From: the human T2T-CHM13v2.0 reference genome, Homo sapiens
Strand: one strand, 5' to 3'
Assembly (NCBI RefSeq): GCF_009914755.1
Contig: NC_060927.1
DNA: 64,000 nt
The notes below the pieces were generated by a model. It saw only the letters and a list, made by a program, of their open reading frames with translations. It was not told the DNA's origin and ran no database searches. Made by a program: the position numbers and the translations under genes. Each line of letters opens with the position of its first letter. Within the stretch, counting starts at the first letter, position 1. Shown one piece after another: positions 52,170 to 64,000 of this stretch.

Positions 52170-54287
52170 CTGGAGTTAGGCAGAGCTCAACTCCTGAGGA
52201 ATTTAGAGTCCCATGGAAAAGATCGGTGGGGCTGTTTTTGGCTTCTCTCATCCTTGCATCAGACTGCTGGTTTCTTAACTTTCAGAGAGCACCTCAGCCC
52301 TTGTGAGCCCAAGCACTGGTGTGGGTGGCAATATGGGAAATGCCTGTGGGCAGAGCACTGGGCAGCCAACTCACGCAGTGTCTGTCACCCTCCCCACAGA
52401 CCCCAGCTGAGCTGGCGGGTACCATATTTGCTGTGTGCCCATTATGGGCCACTGTTCTGTCCAGAAAGTCTTAACCCTTGTGTCTCTACATCACTGGATC
52501 CCCTGCCAACATAACTGAGCCCCATTCAGATGGCAGCAGCTACAGAGGGCTGGTGGTACACAGGGGAGCTGTGGGATTTCCAGAGATCTAGCCCTCAGGG
52601 TGGGCTGCTTTTAGGAGTAAGGAGAGTGAAGCATGTCAGAGCACCCCTAGGGACAAAGGAAACCAGAGTATACACTGTACTGTGCCTGAGAGCTCCAGGC
52701 TTGTGAGTTGAAGGTGACTGTGCCCTTTCAAGTGGAAATGCAGGTAGGTGCTGGGCTCTGTAGGGGAGGAATAAGGTTCTACCCCAGAGATGAGGTGACA
52801 CCAGTGCCCAGAACAGATGTGAAAAGGGTGACTTCTCCTTCCCTGTCGCCCACTGCTGTGGATGCCACTGTGGCTATTCCCATGAGGTGCTGGCGTGGGT
52901 GTGCCAGTGGATGGCCATTCCAGAATATTAGGGTGGCTGCAACCCAACTGTCAGTGTGCCCACCAGGCCCAGACTTGCATAGAAGGCACAGCATTTCCCC
53001 CTCTCTACACAGAGTGGTAGCATTCCTGCAGCAGAGATCAGGTGACTGGCAAAGCCATTTGTTTTGCGCTGAGGTAAGAAGTTACCCTCCAAGGCCATTT
53101 GGAGGAAGAGTCACAAGAAAGTTGTTTTCTGTGGCCCTCAGCTACAATGCAGCCTGGAGATAGTGACAGTGTCTATCTAAGTTAGAAATCATGAGCCCTG
53201 GAGCAGGGGTGTGATAGAGAAGCGGATTACATTCCTGCCTGCCTGAGACATGAAGCTAGTGCAGCCCCTTCCCTCTGACCCCACCCACAGAAACCTCATT
53301 TCACCACAAGCTCCCCCTGACACTTCCATTAGGGCTGGTGCTTATGCTTGTCATTGGGGTTCCCAAGGGTAAGCTTAGCAGGCCAGTGCCATCCAGTTTT
53401 GTTCCCAACACTGGGGCTTAGGAGCAAACTCAGGGCACCAGGCTTTCCACAGGCCAGTCTACCATCCACGACCACAGAAAACTCCTCCCAGCTGACAAAG
53501 ATCACATACCCATCAGCTTCTGCCACATCCAACTCTCACTCATAAATGCTCTACGGGCCAGAAAGCTTAACTGCACAATGCAGTACATAAGAGGCTAACA
53601 GAAGTGCACAGTTCTGTGGAACAAGATAAACTACCTGAGATCTCCCTAACCGTGGTCCTGCAGGAAATAATAATCTCATCATATGCTCAGCACATTGTCA
53701 CTACAACTGATATTTGAGAGAGCCATCACACAAAGGCTATCTATAACCAAGAAACTCATACAGAGTCTTGGCCCCCTGAAAGTGCCCAGAATCAAAGCCA
53801 AATAACTATACAGAGCATGTATTACAGTCACACACTCAAGGAAGCAAAAATAATTTTAAAGAAAGTCCCATCAAAACAAAGGCACATTCAAAAATAAGAA
53901 ATGGCACTTTCTAAAGAAGAGAAAGAACCAGTGTAATAAATCTGGTGGTATTAAATAACAGAGTTTTTAAGACCCTCTCCACCAAAATAAAAAGGTCCCA
54001 CTGGCTCTCAAGAAATGAGTTCTAACCAAATCGAAAATTCTGAAATGATAGATAAAAAATTCAAAAAAATAACTTGTCAGGAAACTCAATGAGATTCAAG
54101 AGAAAGTTGAATATCAACACAAAAACATCAGAAAATAATTCAGGATGTGAATGAAAAATTTACTAAAGAGATAGAAATTTTTTAAAAAAGAAACAATTGG
54201 AAATCAAAAAGTTCCTGGAGGAATTACAAAATATAGTTAAAAGCTTTAAGATATACTAGAACAAGCAGAAACAAAGATTCATAAATA
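52170..54287 (+). mobile_element. Old L1 (L1M/L1PB-age) 5'UTR plus start of ORF1
   Basis: GC-richer UTR-like block, then ORF1-like A-rich segment gaaatgatagataaaaaattcaaa...aggaaactcaatgagattcaagagaaagttg. Confidence 0.7.
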
Positions 54288-54485
54288 TTACCTTTTCTGT
54301 ACAATCTCACTAGCATGTGTTATTTTTGACTTTTTAATAATAGCCATTCTGACTGGTATGATATGGTATCTCACTGTGGTTATGATTTGCATTTCTCTAA
54401 TGATTAGTGGTATTGAGAATTTTTTCATATTCTTATTGACCATGTGTATGTCTTCTTTTGATATCTGTCCATGTCTTTTGCTCAC

Positions 54486-54788
54486 TTTTTTTGTTTTGTT
54501 TTGTTTTTGAGACAGAGTCTAGCTCTGTCACCCAGGCTGGAGTGCTGAGGCGTGATCTCAGGTCACTGCAACCTCCTCCTTCTGGGTTCAAGCGATTCTC
54601 CTGCCTCAGCCTCCCAAGTAGCTGGGATTATAGGCACCCACCACCACACCCAGCTAATTTTTGTATTTTTAGTAGATACAGGGTTTCACTGTGTTGGCCA
54701 GGCTGGTATCACACTCCTGACCTCATGATCCACCTGCCTTGGCCTCCCAAAGTGCTGGGATTACAAGCATGAACCACCACGCCCAGCC
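54486..54788 (-). mobile_element. AluS (Sg-like) inside L1
   Basis: Antisense dimer; degenerate TSD cttttgctcactttt / cctttgcctactttt. Confidence 0.95.
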
Positions 54789-57700
54789 CCTTTGCCTACT
54801 TTTTAATGGGTTGTTTTTTGCTTGTAAATTTGTTTAAGTTTCTTATAGATTCTGTATTTTAGACCTTCATCAAATGTATAGTTTGAAAACATTTTCTCCC
54901 ATTCTTTAGGTTCTTTTTACTTTGTTGATAGTTTCCTTTGCTGTGCAGAAGCTCTTCAGTTTAATTAGGTCCCATTTGTCAATTTTTGTTTTTGTTGTAA
55001 TTGCTTTTGATGTTTTTGTCATAAAATATTTGCCAGGTCCTATGTCCAGAATGGTATTTCCTAGGCTGTCTTCCAAGATTTTTATAGTTTTAGGTTTTAT
55101 ATTTAAGCATTTAATCCACCTTGAGTTGATTTTTGTATGTGGTGTAAGGGTTCCGCTTTCAATCTTCTGCATATGGCTAGTCTGTTTTCCTAGCACCATT
55201 TATTGAATAGAAATGAGAATAATGTATATTCTATTGTTTGGAGGTAGAGAGCCCTGTAGTTGTCTATTAGCTTCATTTGGTAAAGTGTTGAGTCCAGGTC
55301 CTCAATATCTTTGTTAATTTTCTATCTAACACTGTCAATGGGGTGTTGAAGTCTCCCACTGTTATTGCGTGGAAATTTAAGTCTCTGTGTAGCTCTCTAA
55401 CAATTTGCTTTATCAGTCTAGGTGCTCCTGTGCTGGGTGCTTATACATTTAGGGTAGTTAGGTGTTATTTTTGAAGTGAACCCATCTTTGACTTTTTAAA
55501 AATCTTTGTTGGTTTAAAGTTTGTTTTGTCAAAAATTAGGATATCAACCCCTGCTTTTTTCTGTTTTCCATTTGCTTGGTATATTTGTCTGTATTCCTTT
55601 ATTTTGAACCCATGGGCATCACTGCATGTGGGATACATCTCTTGAAGACAGGATACCATTGGGTCTTGCTGCTTTATCCAGCTTGCCACTCTGTGTCTTT
55701 TAATTGGGGCATGTAGCCTGTTTATATTCAAGGTTAGTAGTGATGTGTGCAAATTTGATCCTGTTATCATGTTATTAGCTGGTTAATATGCAGACTTTTT
55801 TGTGTGGCTGCTTTATATTGTCAATGGTCTATGTACATAATTGTGTTTTTGGATTGGCTGGTAAGGGTCTTGGCCTTGTCTAGTTAATGCTCATTTCAGT
55901 ACCTCTTATAAGGCAGATCTAATGTTAATAAACTCCCTCAGTTTGTCTGAAAAGGATCTAATTTCTCCTTCACTCATTAGTCTTAACTCACCTGAATATA
56001 AAATTCTTAGTTGGAATTATTTTCTAAGAGTTGAGAATGCTGATAATAGGCCCCCATTCCCTTCCGGCTTGTTTCTGCTAAAATGTCTACTGTTAGCCCG
56101 ATGACGTTCCCTTTGTAGGTGACGTGCCCCTTCTCTCTAGCTGCCTTTAAAGGTTTTTGTTTGTTTGTTTCACTTCAACCTCTGAGAAACTGATTATTAT
56201 GTGTCTTAGAGATGGCCTTCTTGTGCAGTGTCTTGCAAGGGTTCTCTGCATTTCCAGAACTTGAATGCTGGCCTCTCTAGCAAGGTACTAATAGACAACA
56301 TCCTGAAATATATTTTCCAAGTTGCTTGCTTTCTTCCCATCTTTTTCAGCGATGCCAATGAATCATAGGTGTGGTCTCTTTACATAATCCCATATTTCTC
56401 AGAAGTTTTTTTCCTTCCTTTTTGTTTTGTGTCTGACTCATTTAGTTCTGAGACCAGTCTTCAAGACCTGAGATTTCTCCTTAGTGTAGTCTATTCTGCT
56501 GTTATTACTTGTGATTGCATTATGCAATTCTTGCAGTGTGTTATTCTGCTCACATCTGTTTGGTTCTTTTTTATAATGTCCATTTTCTCTATCAGCTTCA
56601 ATGTCATTTTACTGTAATCCTTAGATTCCTTGGATTGGGTTTCCAATTTCTCCTGAATCTCAGTGATCTTTGTTCCTATCTGTATTATGAGTTCTATTTC
56701 TGTAATTTCCATCATTTTAGCCTGTTTAATCACTCTTGCTGCGGAATAGTATGGTCATATGGGAAAAAGAAGACACTCTGGCTTTTTGAGTTGCCAGAGT
56801 TCTTGCACTAGTTCTTTCTCATCTGTTGTTCTATTACTTGTGGCATAATTTGAGTGCAGTCAGTAAACTTCTTTTCTGAATGTTTTCAGAGGACCAGAAC
56901 TTTGTGCAGGGTATTTGTTTGTAGCTGAATTCTTGTCTTTGGTTTCACAGGGATGTGTATCAGTCAAGTATTTTTGGTGTTTACATTTCGTCTGTGATCC
57001 AGTAGATGGCGCTTAAGCATATTGACCAGTAGGTAGGCTCTTGCTCAGCCATGTGGCTCCAGTGTATTTCCTCCCAATTGCAGCTGTGCTACCCTCTCAC
57101 TGCTCTGAAAATGTGGACTCCTCTCCCACTGGAGTGCTGGCTGCATATATCAGCTTGACACTCCTGGGCTGCACACTGCAGCTCTAGGGTGAGCTCAGGC
57201 TTTATGTTCTCACCCCAGCTTGAAGACAACAGGGGAAGGGACCTTGGCAGTGATTGTGGTAGATGACCTTTTACTTGTTTCTTGGGGTTCCACCCCAGAG
57301 AGATGCAGAACCACTATTAATCAGTACAATCGACCAGGGTGGAGTGGCTGTGCCGTGGGATTAAGCCAAGGGGGGTCTTGCCTGGTGATAAACAGGTGGG
57401 ACAGGGATGTCATAGGGGAGACAAAGTGGCCTCTTCTCCTTAAGGAAACTACAGCTTGCTGGAGGTGTGGTTAAAGCCCTCCGAGTGTTTGTTACTTCCT
57501 AAGTCTGAGGGCAGAAAGGGCAGTACTGTGCAGTGGCAGTGACAGAGGCGCTTTTGGTTATATCTGGGTGCTTCACCTTAGAAAAATGTGGAGCCATTGC
57601 TGCTGGGCATGTTCAACCAAAATGTGAGGCACTACACAGCTAGCCCAAGCTAGGGGCTCCACTTGGTGAAGAACTAGGGCTTGAGGGCTCAAAGGGAGGA

Positions 57701-58601
57701 GGAAACACTGGGCTCCTCTCCATATGGGGGCTGTGGTGTACTAGTAGGACAAGTGAAGCCCTCAGGCTCTTTGTCTCTTCTGTTTCTTCTCCAGACTGAA
57801 GGCAGCAGGGGCAAAACCACTGCTGTTGTTGTGGCAGAGGGGCTGTTGGTTGCTTCTGGGAACCCCTCTCCAGGGAAACACAGAGCCAGTAACAGTGAGT
57901 ATGCTCACCAGGGGTGGGGCAACTGTTCTGCAGTCCCAAGCCAGGGGCCCTTCCTGGTAAAGAGTACGGGTGGGAGCTCACAGGGAGGAGAGACTGGGGT
58001 TCTCTTCGCATGTTGGCTGCAACGAGATGGAGGTGCCAGTGTAGCATCCAGACCCTTTTTCCCTTCCCCAGCTCAAGTGTAGTTAGTGCAATACCGCTGC
58101 AACTGCAATGGAAGAGGGGCTGTGGGTTGTCTCTGGGATTTCCTCCTCAGAGAAATGCAGAGCTGCTTCTGACTGAAGTGTTCAACTGGGGGCAGGGTGG
58201 TTGTCCTGGAGTCTTAGGCCAAGAGGGTCCACCCAGTGAGAAGTGGGAATGAGGATGTGTATGGAAAACAGTCTGACCAGTTTTCCATGGGGCAACTGCA
58301 CTGTGCTAGGGATCTGCACCAGAAGCTAGTCACCACTCACATTTCAGAGCCTGAGGGCAACAGCAGTGAGGGCTAAGAGGCAGCAAAAATGGTGGCCTGC
58401 CTCTCCCTCTGGGAGCTCCATCCCAGAGAATGGCAAAGCTGCTAAAAGCACTAGAGCCCAAGTGCAGCTGGTGTGGCCATGCTAGGGCCCCATGACAGTG
58501 GGCTTTATCCTACAAGGTGCAGTGGAGTCGAGGCCTGCAGTCCATTGCTACTCAGATGCATGGATTCAGCCCCTTTCCTGGGGGCATGTGAAGGAATCTG
58601 A

Positions 58602-59040
<439 letters not shown>

Positions 59041-59387
59041 CTATGTGTGTACTATGTAGTGCCCTACATAGCCCTCCTTGTCGGTCTAAATGCTCCAGGA
59101 GATCTCCTGAAACCAGGATGGCAAAGGTCTGTGGCAGAAATGTGGGTACCCAGGGACTCACCATTTCCTTATGGTATTGGGGCCTCTCCATCTCCATCCC
59201 ACTACCAGGTGGGCAATTGTCCTGTTTTGCTCCTCTCCATTCTCCATGTGTCAAATTGTTTTTTTGATGAATCCCAATGTGTCTACTTGAATGTTCCATT
59301 TGAAGAGGTATTATTTACTCACCATTTCTTCCTCTTTCAGTGAGAGTGGTGCACACTAGCTGCTTCTAGCAAGCCCTCTTAGGCCAG

Positions 59388-60056
59388 TAGCAGTTCTATA
59401 CACCAATAAAATAAGGCTGAGGAATACATAAAAAACTCAATCCCATTTGAAATAGCTATAAGAAAATACCTAGACATACATTTAAACAAGGAGGTGAAAT
59501 AACTCTATAAGGAGAAGTAAAAAACAATGATGAAAGAAATTATGGATGCCACAAACAAATGAAAATGCATCTCATGCTCATGGATTAGAAGAATCAATGT
59601 CTTTAAAATAACCATGCTGCCCACAGCATTCCACAGTTTCAGTGCAATTTCTATCAAATTATTAAAATCATTTTAAACAGACTTAAAAAAAATTCTAAAA
59701 TTCATACAGAACCAAAAAAGAGCCCAACTAGCCATTCAAAGGAAAACAAACAAACCTGAAGGCATCACATTCTCTGACTTCGAATTATAGTACGAGTCTA
59801 TACTAACCAAAGCAGCATGGTACTGGTATAACAGCAGACACATAGATAAATGGAACAGATTAGAGAATCCAGAAGCAAAGCCACCTACATACAACCAACT
59901 AATTTTTGACAAAGTTGATAAAAATAAACAATGGGGAATGGACATCATATTTAATAAATGATGCTGGGAGAACCGGATAGCCATATGCAAAATAATGAAA
60001 TTGGACCCTTATCTCTCACTGTATTAGTCAGGGTTCTCCAGAGGGACAGATTATAC

Positions 60057-60087
<31 letters not shown>

Positions 60088-61300
60088 TTATATATATACA
60101 TCATATAGATATACACATTCAGGGGAGTTTTAACTCACTCAATCACAAAGTCTCACAATAGGCTGTCTGCAGGCTGAGGAACAAGGAAAGCCAGTCTAAA
60201 GAGTCCAATGTTCCAGGGCAGGAAGCATCCAGCACGGTAGAAAAATGTAGGCTGGGAGGCTGGGCCAGTCTTGCCTTTTCACGTTTTTCTGCCTGCTTTA
60301 TGTTTGCTTGCAGCTGATTAGATTGTGCCCACCAGATTAAGGGTGGGTCAGCCTTCCCCAGCCCACTCATTCACATGTTAATCTCCTTTGGCGACACCAT
60401 CACAGACACACCCAGGAAGAATACTTTGCATCCTTCAATCCAATCAAGTTGACACTCAGTATTAATCATCACACTCACATATATAAAATTAACTCAAGAT
60501 CGATTATAGGCTTAAATGTAAGATCTGAAATTATACAAATCCTAGAAGAATACCTAGGAAAAACTCCTGTGGACATTTACATAGACAAAAAAAATTATGA
60601 CTATCTCCTCAGAAGCAAATGCAATAATAACAAAAATATACAAATGGGATTTAATTAAACTAAAAATCTTCTGTACGGCAAAAGAAATAATCAACAGGGT
60701 AAACAGACAATCTACAGAATGGGAGAAAATATTTTCGAACCATGCATTCAACAAAGGGTTAATACCCAGAATCTACAAGAATTCCAAATAACTGAACAAG
60801 AGAAAAACAAATAACTTTATTAAAAAGTGGGCGAAGGACAGAAACAGACAGTTTACAAAAAAGACATATGAGTGACCAACAAACATGAGGAAATTCTCCA
60901 CATCCCTCATCATCAGAGAAATGCAAATTAAAACTGCAATGAGACACCATCGTATACTGGCCTGAATGGCTATTATTAAGTCAAAAAACAACAGATGTTG
61001 GTAAGGCACAGAGAAAAAGGAATGTTTTTACACGTTGGTGATCATGTAAATTAGCACAACCTCTATGGAAAACAATATGGAGATTTCTCAAAGAGCTAAA
61101 AATAGAGCTACCATTCAATTCAGCAATCCCTCTACTGGATATCTACCTAAAGGAAAATAAATCATTGTGTCAAAAAACACCTGCACTCACATATTTACAC
61201 AGCACTATTCACAGTAGCAGAGTCATGGAATCAGCCTATGTGTCCATTGATCGGTGATTGAATAAATAAAATGTAATACATATATATCATGGAATATTAC
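59388..61300 (+). mobile_element. Old L1 (L1PB/L1MA-age) ORF2 3' portion, interrupted by MLT2A
   Basis: [33 protein letters not shown] (60597-60791); agagctaccattcaattcagcaatccc. Confidence 0.88.
60020..60473 (-). mobile_element. MLT2A (HERV-L) solo LTR
   Basis: tgtattagtcagggttctccagagggacag...ccaatcaagttgacactcagtattaatcatcaca; 5-bp TSD ctcac (60015-60019 / 60474-60478). Confidence 0.92.
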
Positions 61301-62774
61301 GTAGAGGCTTAATTTCTCTCTAATGTTTCACTGTTTATCATCTGAATTGGCAAGTTCCTTTCCAGTCAACAAATACTAAATACCAACTATGTTTAAGGCA
61401 ACTATGTCAAGGGTCATATAAATAAAAGCTAACCTAAGTCTGCCCTTGAATACTTTATCTCTTAAGGGCATGAAACAAGCACACATTATTTATTTTTTAA
61501 ATATATTATATATTAAAATATTTTTAATCCTAAAAACTATTATTCAAAGGAGGAAACCACATGGTATGACTATAGTTGTCCTTATGTAAAACGGAGGCAA
61601 CCTATGTTGGTGCACTGGGCTCCCAGCCCTGGTAATGTTCACGAGGTAATGGTATTTACTGCTGCCTTATAATTTACATAAAATGTTAAGGAAATAAAAT
61701 TAAAGGGTTTTTTAATGCCTTTACCAGAGAACACAAGGCAGCAAGTATATTACCTTCCTCTTTTACAAAATCAATAATCTTTCTGTAAGTACATTTTACA
61801 GTTGTATAAAAAATATTGTGAAACATGTAAGCACAAAAGCTAAGCCACTTGACCTTTACTTGGAGAAACAAAGGAAAGGGTTAAGATAAGGCTCCAAGTA
61901 CCTTTTCCGCTGGTAAAGTTGTCCAGATTAAAGCACCTTGCACCAACACATAGCACAGTGGGTCAGAAGATCTAAATGTCCTTACACATCACCTGATGTT
62001 TTTGTCTACTTTTGTAGCAAATGGTATGACAAAATGTATGTCTATGCTACTCTGTATATTGTAAGAGCAGGACTATATTCATAGTTGTCTGTCATATTTT
62101 GCATCTTAATTTCTATTCTCCTTTCTCTTTAAGTCAGGAAGATGTCTCTAATACAGTCAAAATAAAACTCATTTAGAATTGGCCTGAAAAGTTATTCCCA
62201 AATTTAACTGAAATAGTGAATTTAAAGAACTTTATAACTGATCACATATAACTCTTCCACAAAACTAAATTATTGTAACTTCATTCCTCAAATTAAGTTA
62301 AATGAAAAAATATATATTAGAAAGCCCTGGGCAAGGAGTCAATGACTTTGGTATATCCTGCTTCCTGATTTAATCAGTTACTTTTTCCATGACCACAGGA
62401 AAGTATTTCGAGTTCTGATTCTCTTTTTCTTTATCTTGAAAATATGATAAAAGGGATTATTGGATTGTTTGTGTCACACACAAGCAAGATGTCTAAGTAT
62501 GTTGTTTACAAAGAGGACATAGTGGCAATGAATAAATTCATGGACTCTAGAAATTGAGGGAAGTAAGAGAGGTATTTTAAAGGCGTTAAAATGACACTTA
62601 AATTTTAAAAGATTATTCTCCAAACAAATTTATTTTAATCAAAAGATTTTATTTTCTAACCTATAATTCTAATAATAAACAATAAGTAATATTTGGTCCT
62701 GTACCGTGTGTGTGTATGTGTGTGTGTGTTCAATATTTAGGATTAATTTAGAGACAGAATATTTAAACACTCTT

Positions 62775-63290
62775 TCTAAGTGTCTTGAAAAATGGACCCT
62801 GATACAACCCCTTGGGGGGATATTGTTTATGTGGGACCTGATCCAAGGAAGAGCAAATAAGGAAGTAGGAAAAGTGAGGCAGTGAAAGGAGAAAATATAA
62901 TTATGGGTGAATTAACGCAAAGGTCACTTTTGTGACCACCTATAAATTTAATTCCACTGGAGACCCTTGAAGGAATAGTGCAGAGCACATTTCAGACTTG
63001 TTTCCTTGAGGATACATTTTTTGGGTAATATATCCACTAATGTCTACCTTTTACTGATTAAGCATTGACCATGGAGATGTGAAAACTCAGCACTTCCATA
63101 CTCTCTTCTTTGTGGTCTGAAGGACCCTCTATGGATCTGGAGAACACTCCCAGGCAGAGAAGCAGAGATGCAGGCTCTTGAGGAAGGAAGCCTTCAGCAT
63201 ACACATAAAAATTCCACTGCAGCTATAAAGAGCTTCCGGATGGGCAGAAAGGATACACATAGGGCGGGGAAACCACAGCATATGTTATAC
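62775..63290 (-). mobile_element. LTR33-like (ERVL) LTR
   Basis: gaccctgatacaa...gtttatgtggga.ctgatccaaggaag...gaaaagtgaggcagtgaaagg...aattccactggagaccc. Confidence 0.6.
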
Positions 63291-64000
63291 AATTAAATGG
63301 ATAGCTGTATTTGCACTCTAATAATGAAAGTTAATGCAAGTATTATAAATTATGAGAATATAAAAATATAATTATATAATTTAGACATGGGAGAAAAGAA
63401 GAGGAAAATAATTTAAAACAATAAAAATGAATTTAAAATAACTAAAATATAGAATAAAAAACTGGGAGTTGGTTAGGTGGGAAAAAAAGGTAGAAGGCAA
63501 TGTATGTGCCCCATATTCTGTGCTTTTTCAGTCTGGGCTATCAGTACTTCTTTCTACAGTTGATGCATCCATAAATAGAGACATAAATGAATTATTTATC
63601 CTTATCATAGTAATTATGAGAAGAATTAAACTTGGAAATTTTAAACATGATTTCCTCTAGAGAGGTGGAGTGGAATTGAGAATTGTGAGCTGACAAAACA
63701 ATTTCTTACTCTTTTATATAATTATTTTCTAAACTCATGTATTTATATCGGATTGATTTTTTTTTTCTCAGAAAATTAAACTGCTAGGCATAGTGAGAGA
63801 AGTGAAGAGTATGAGATAACAGTGCATGATGATGACATAGTTTAAGCTTTAATATGGTCTCATGATTTTATAATACTAGGTCTTGTGTATGTCATAAAGG
63901 TTGTAGTCACTATTTCAAATATTTTCATGTAAAAATAATTAAAATTATTCTTAAATTAAGTGTTATTTTATAGAATATATTTGATATCAAAGAGTCATCA

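Noticed and set aside
52254-53545. Cluster of overlapping ORFs up to 151 aa in a GC-richer block
   Set aside because: Lies in an L1 5'UTR; higher GC lowers stop frequency; no recognisable domain

Overview
Primate (very likely human or great-ape) AT-rich, repeat-dense, apparently intergenic or deep-intronic DNA. I found no intact protein-coding gene. The only gene-derived sequence is a degraded processed pseudogene of RAP1B (~17.4-19.6 kb), with 5'UTR, dead CDS, 3'UTR, A-tail and a degenerate TSD, later interrupted by a MER30 DNA transposon. The rest is layered transposable-element history: several L1 copies from L1M to L1PA2-like age, eight Alus, LTRs (MER50, MER11A/D, MLT2, LTR47/LTR33-like), DNA transposons (MADE1, MER30, MER53, MER2, MER1B, Ricksha) and microsatellites. 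Almost all ORFs in the supplied track are L1/Alu/LTR by-products. The most interesting structures are: (i) a ~390-bp young L1 insertion with a perfect 16-bp TSD, a twin-priming inversion and what looks like two stacked 3' transductions (36035-36458); (ii) a multi-layer nest of L1MC > Ricksha carrying an ERVL passenger > MER50 with a PPT stub > Alu (30.3-32.8 kb); (iii) an ~95-bp direct duplication bracketing an old L1 fragment (11951-12929). I see no support for a new biological system. Repeat family names come from recalled consensus sequences, not a database search, so subfamily calls need RepeatMasker/Dfam confirmation.
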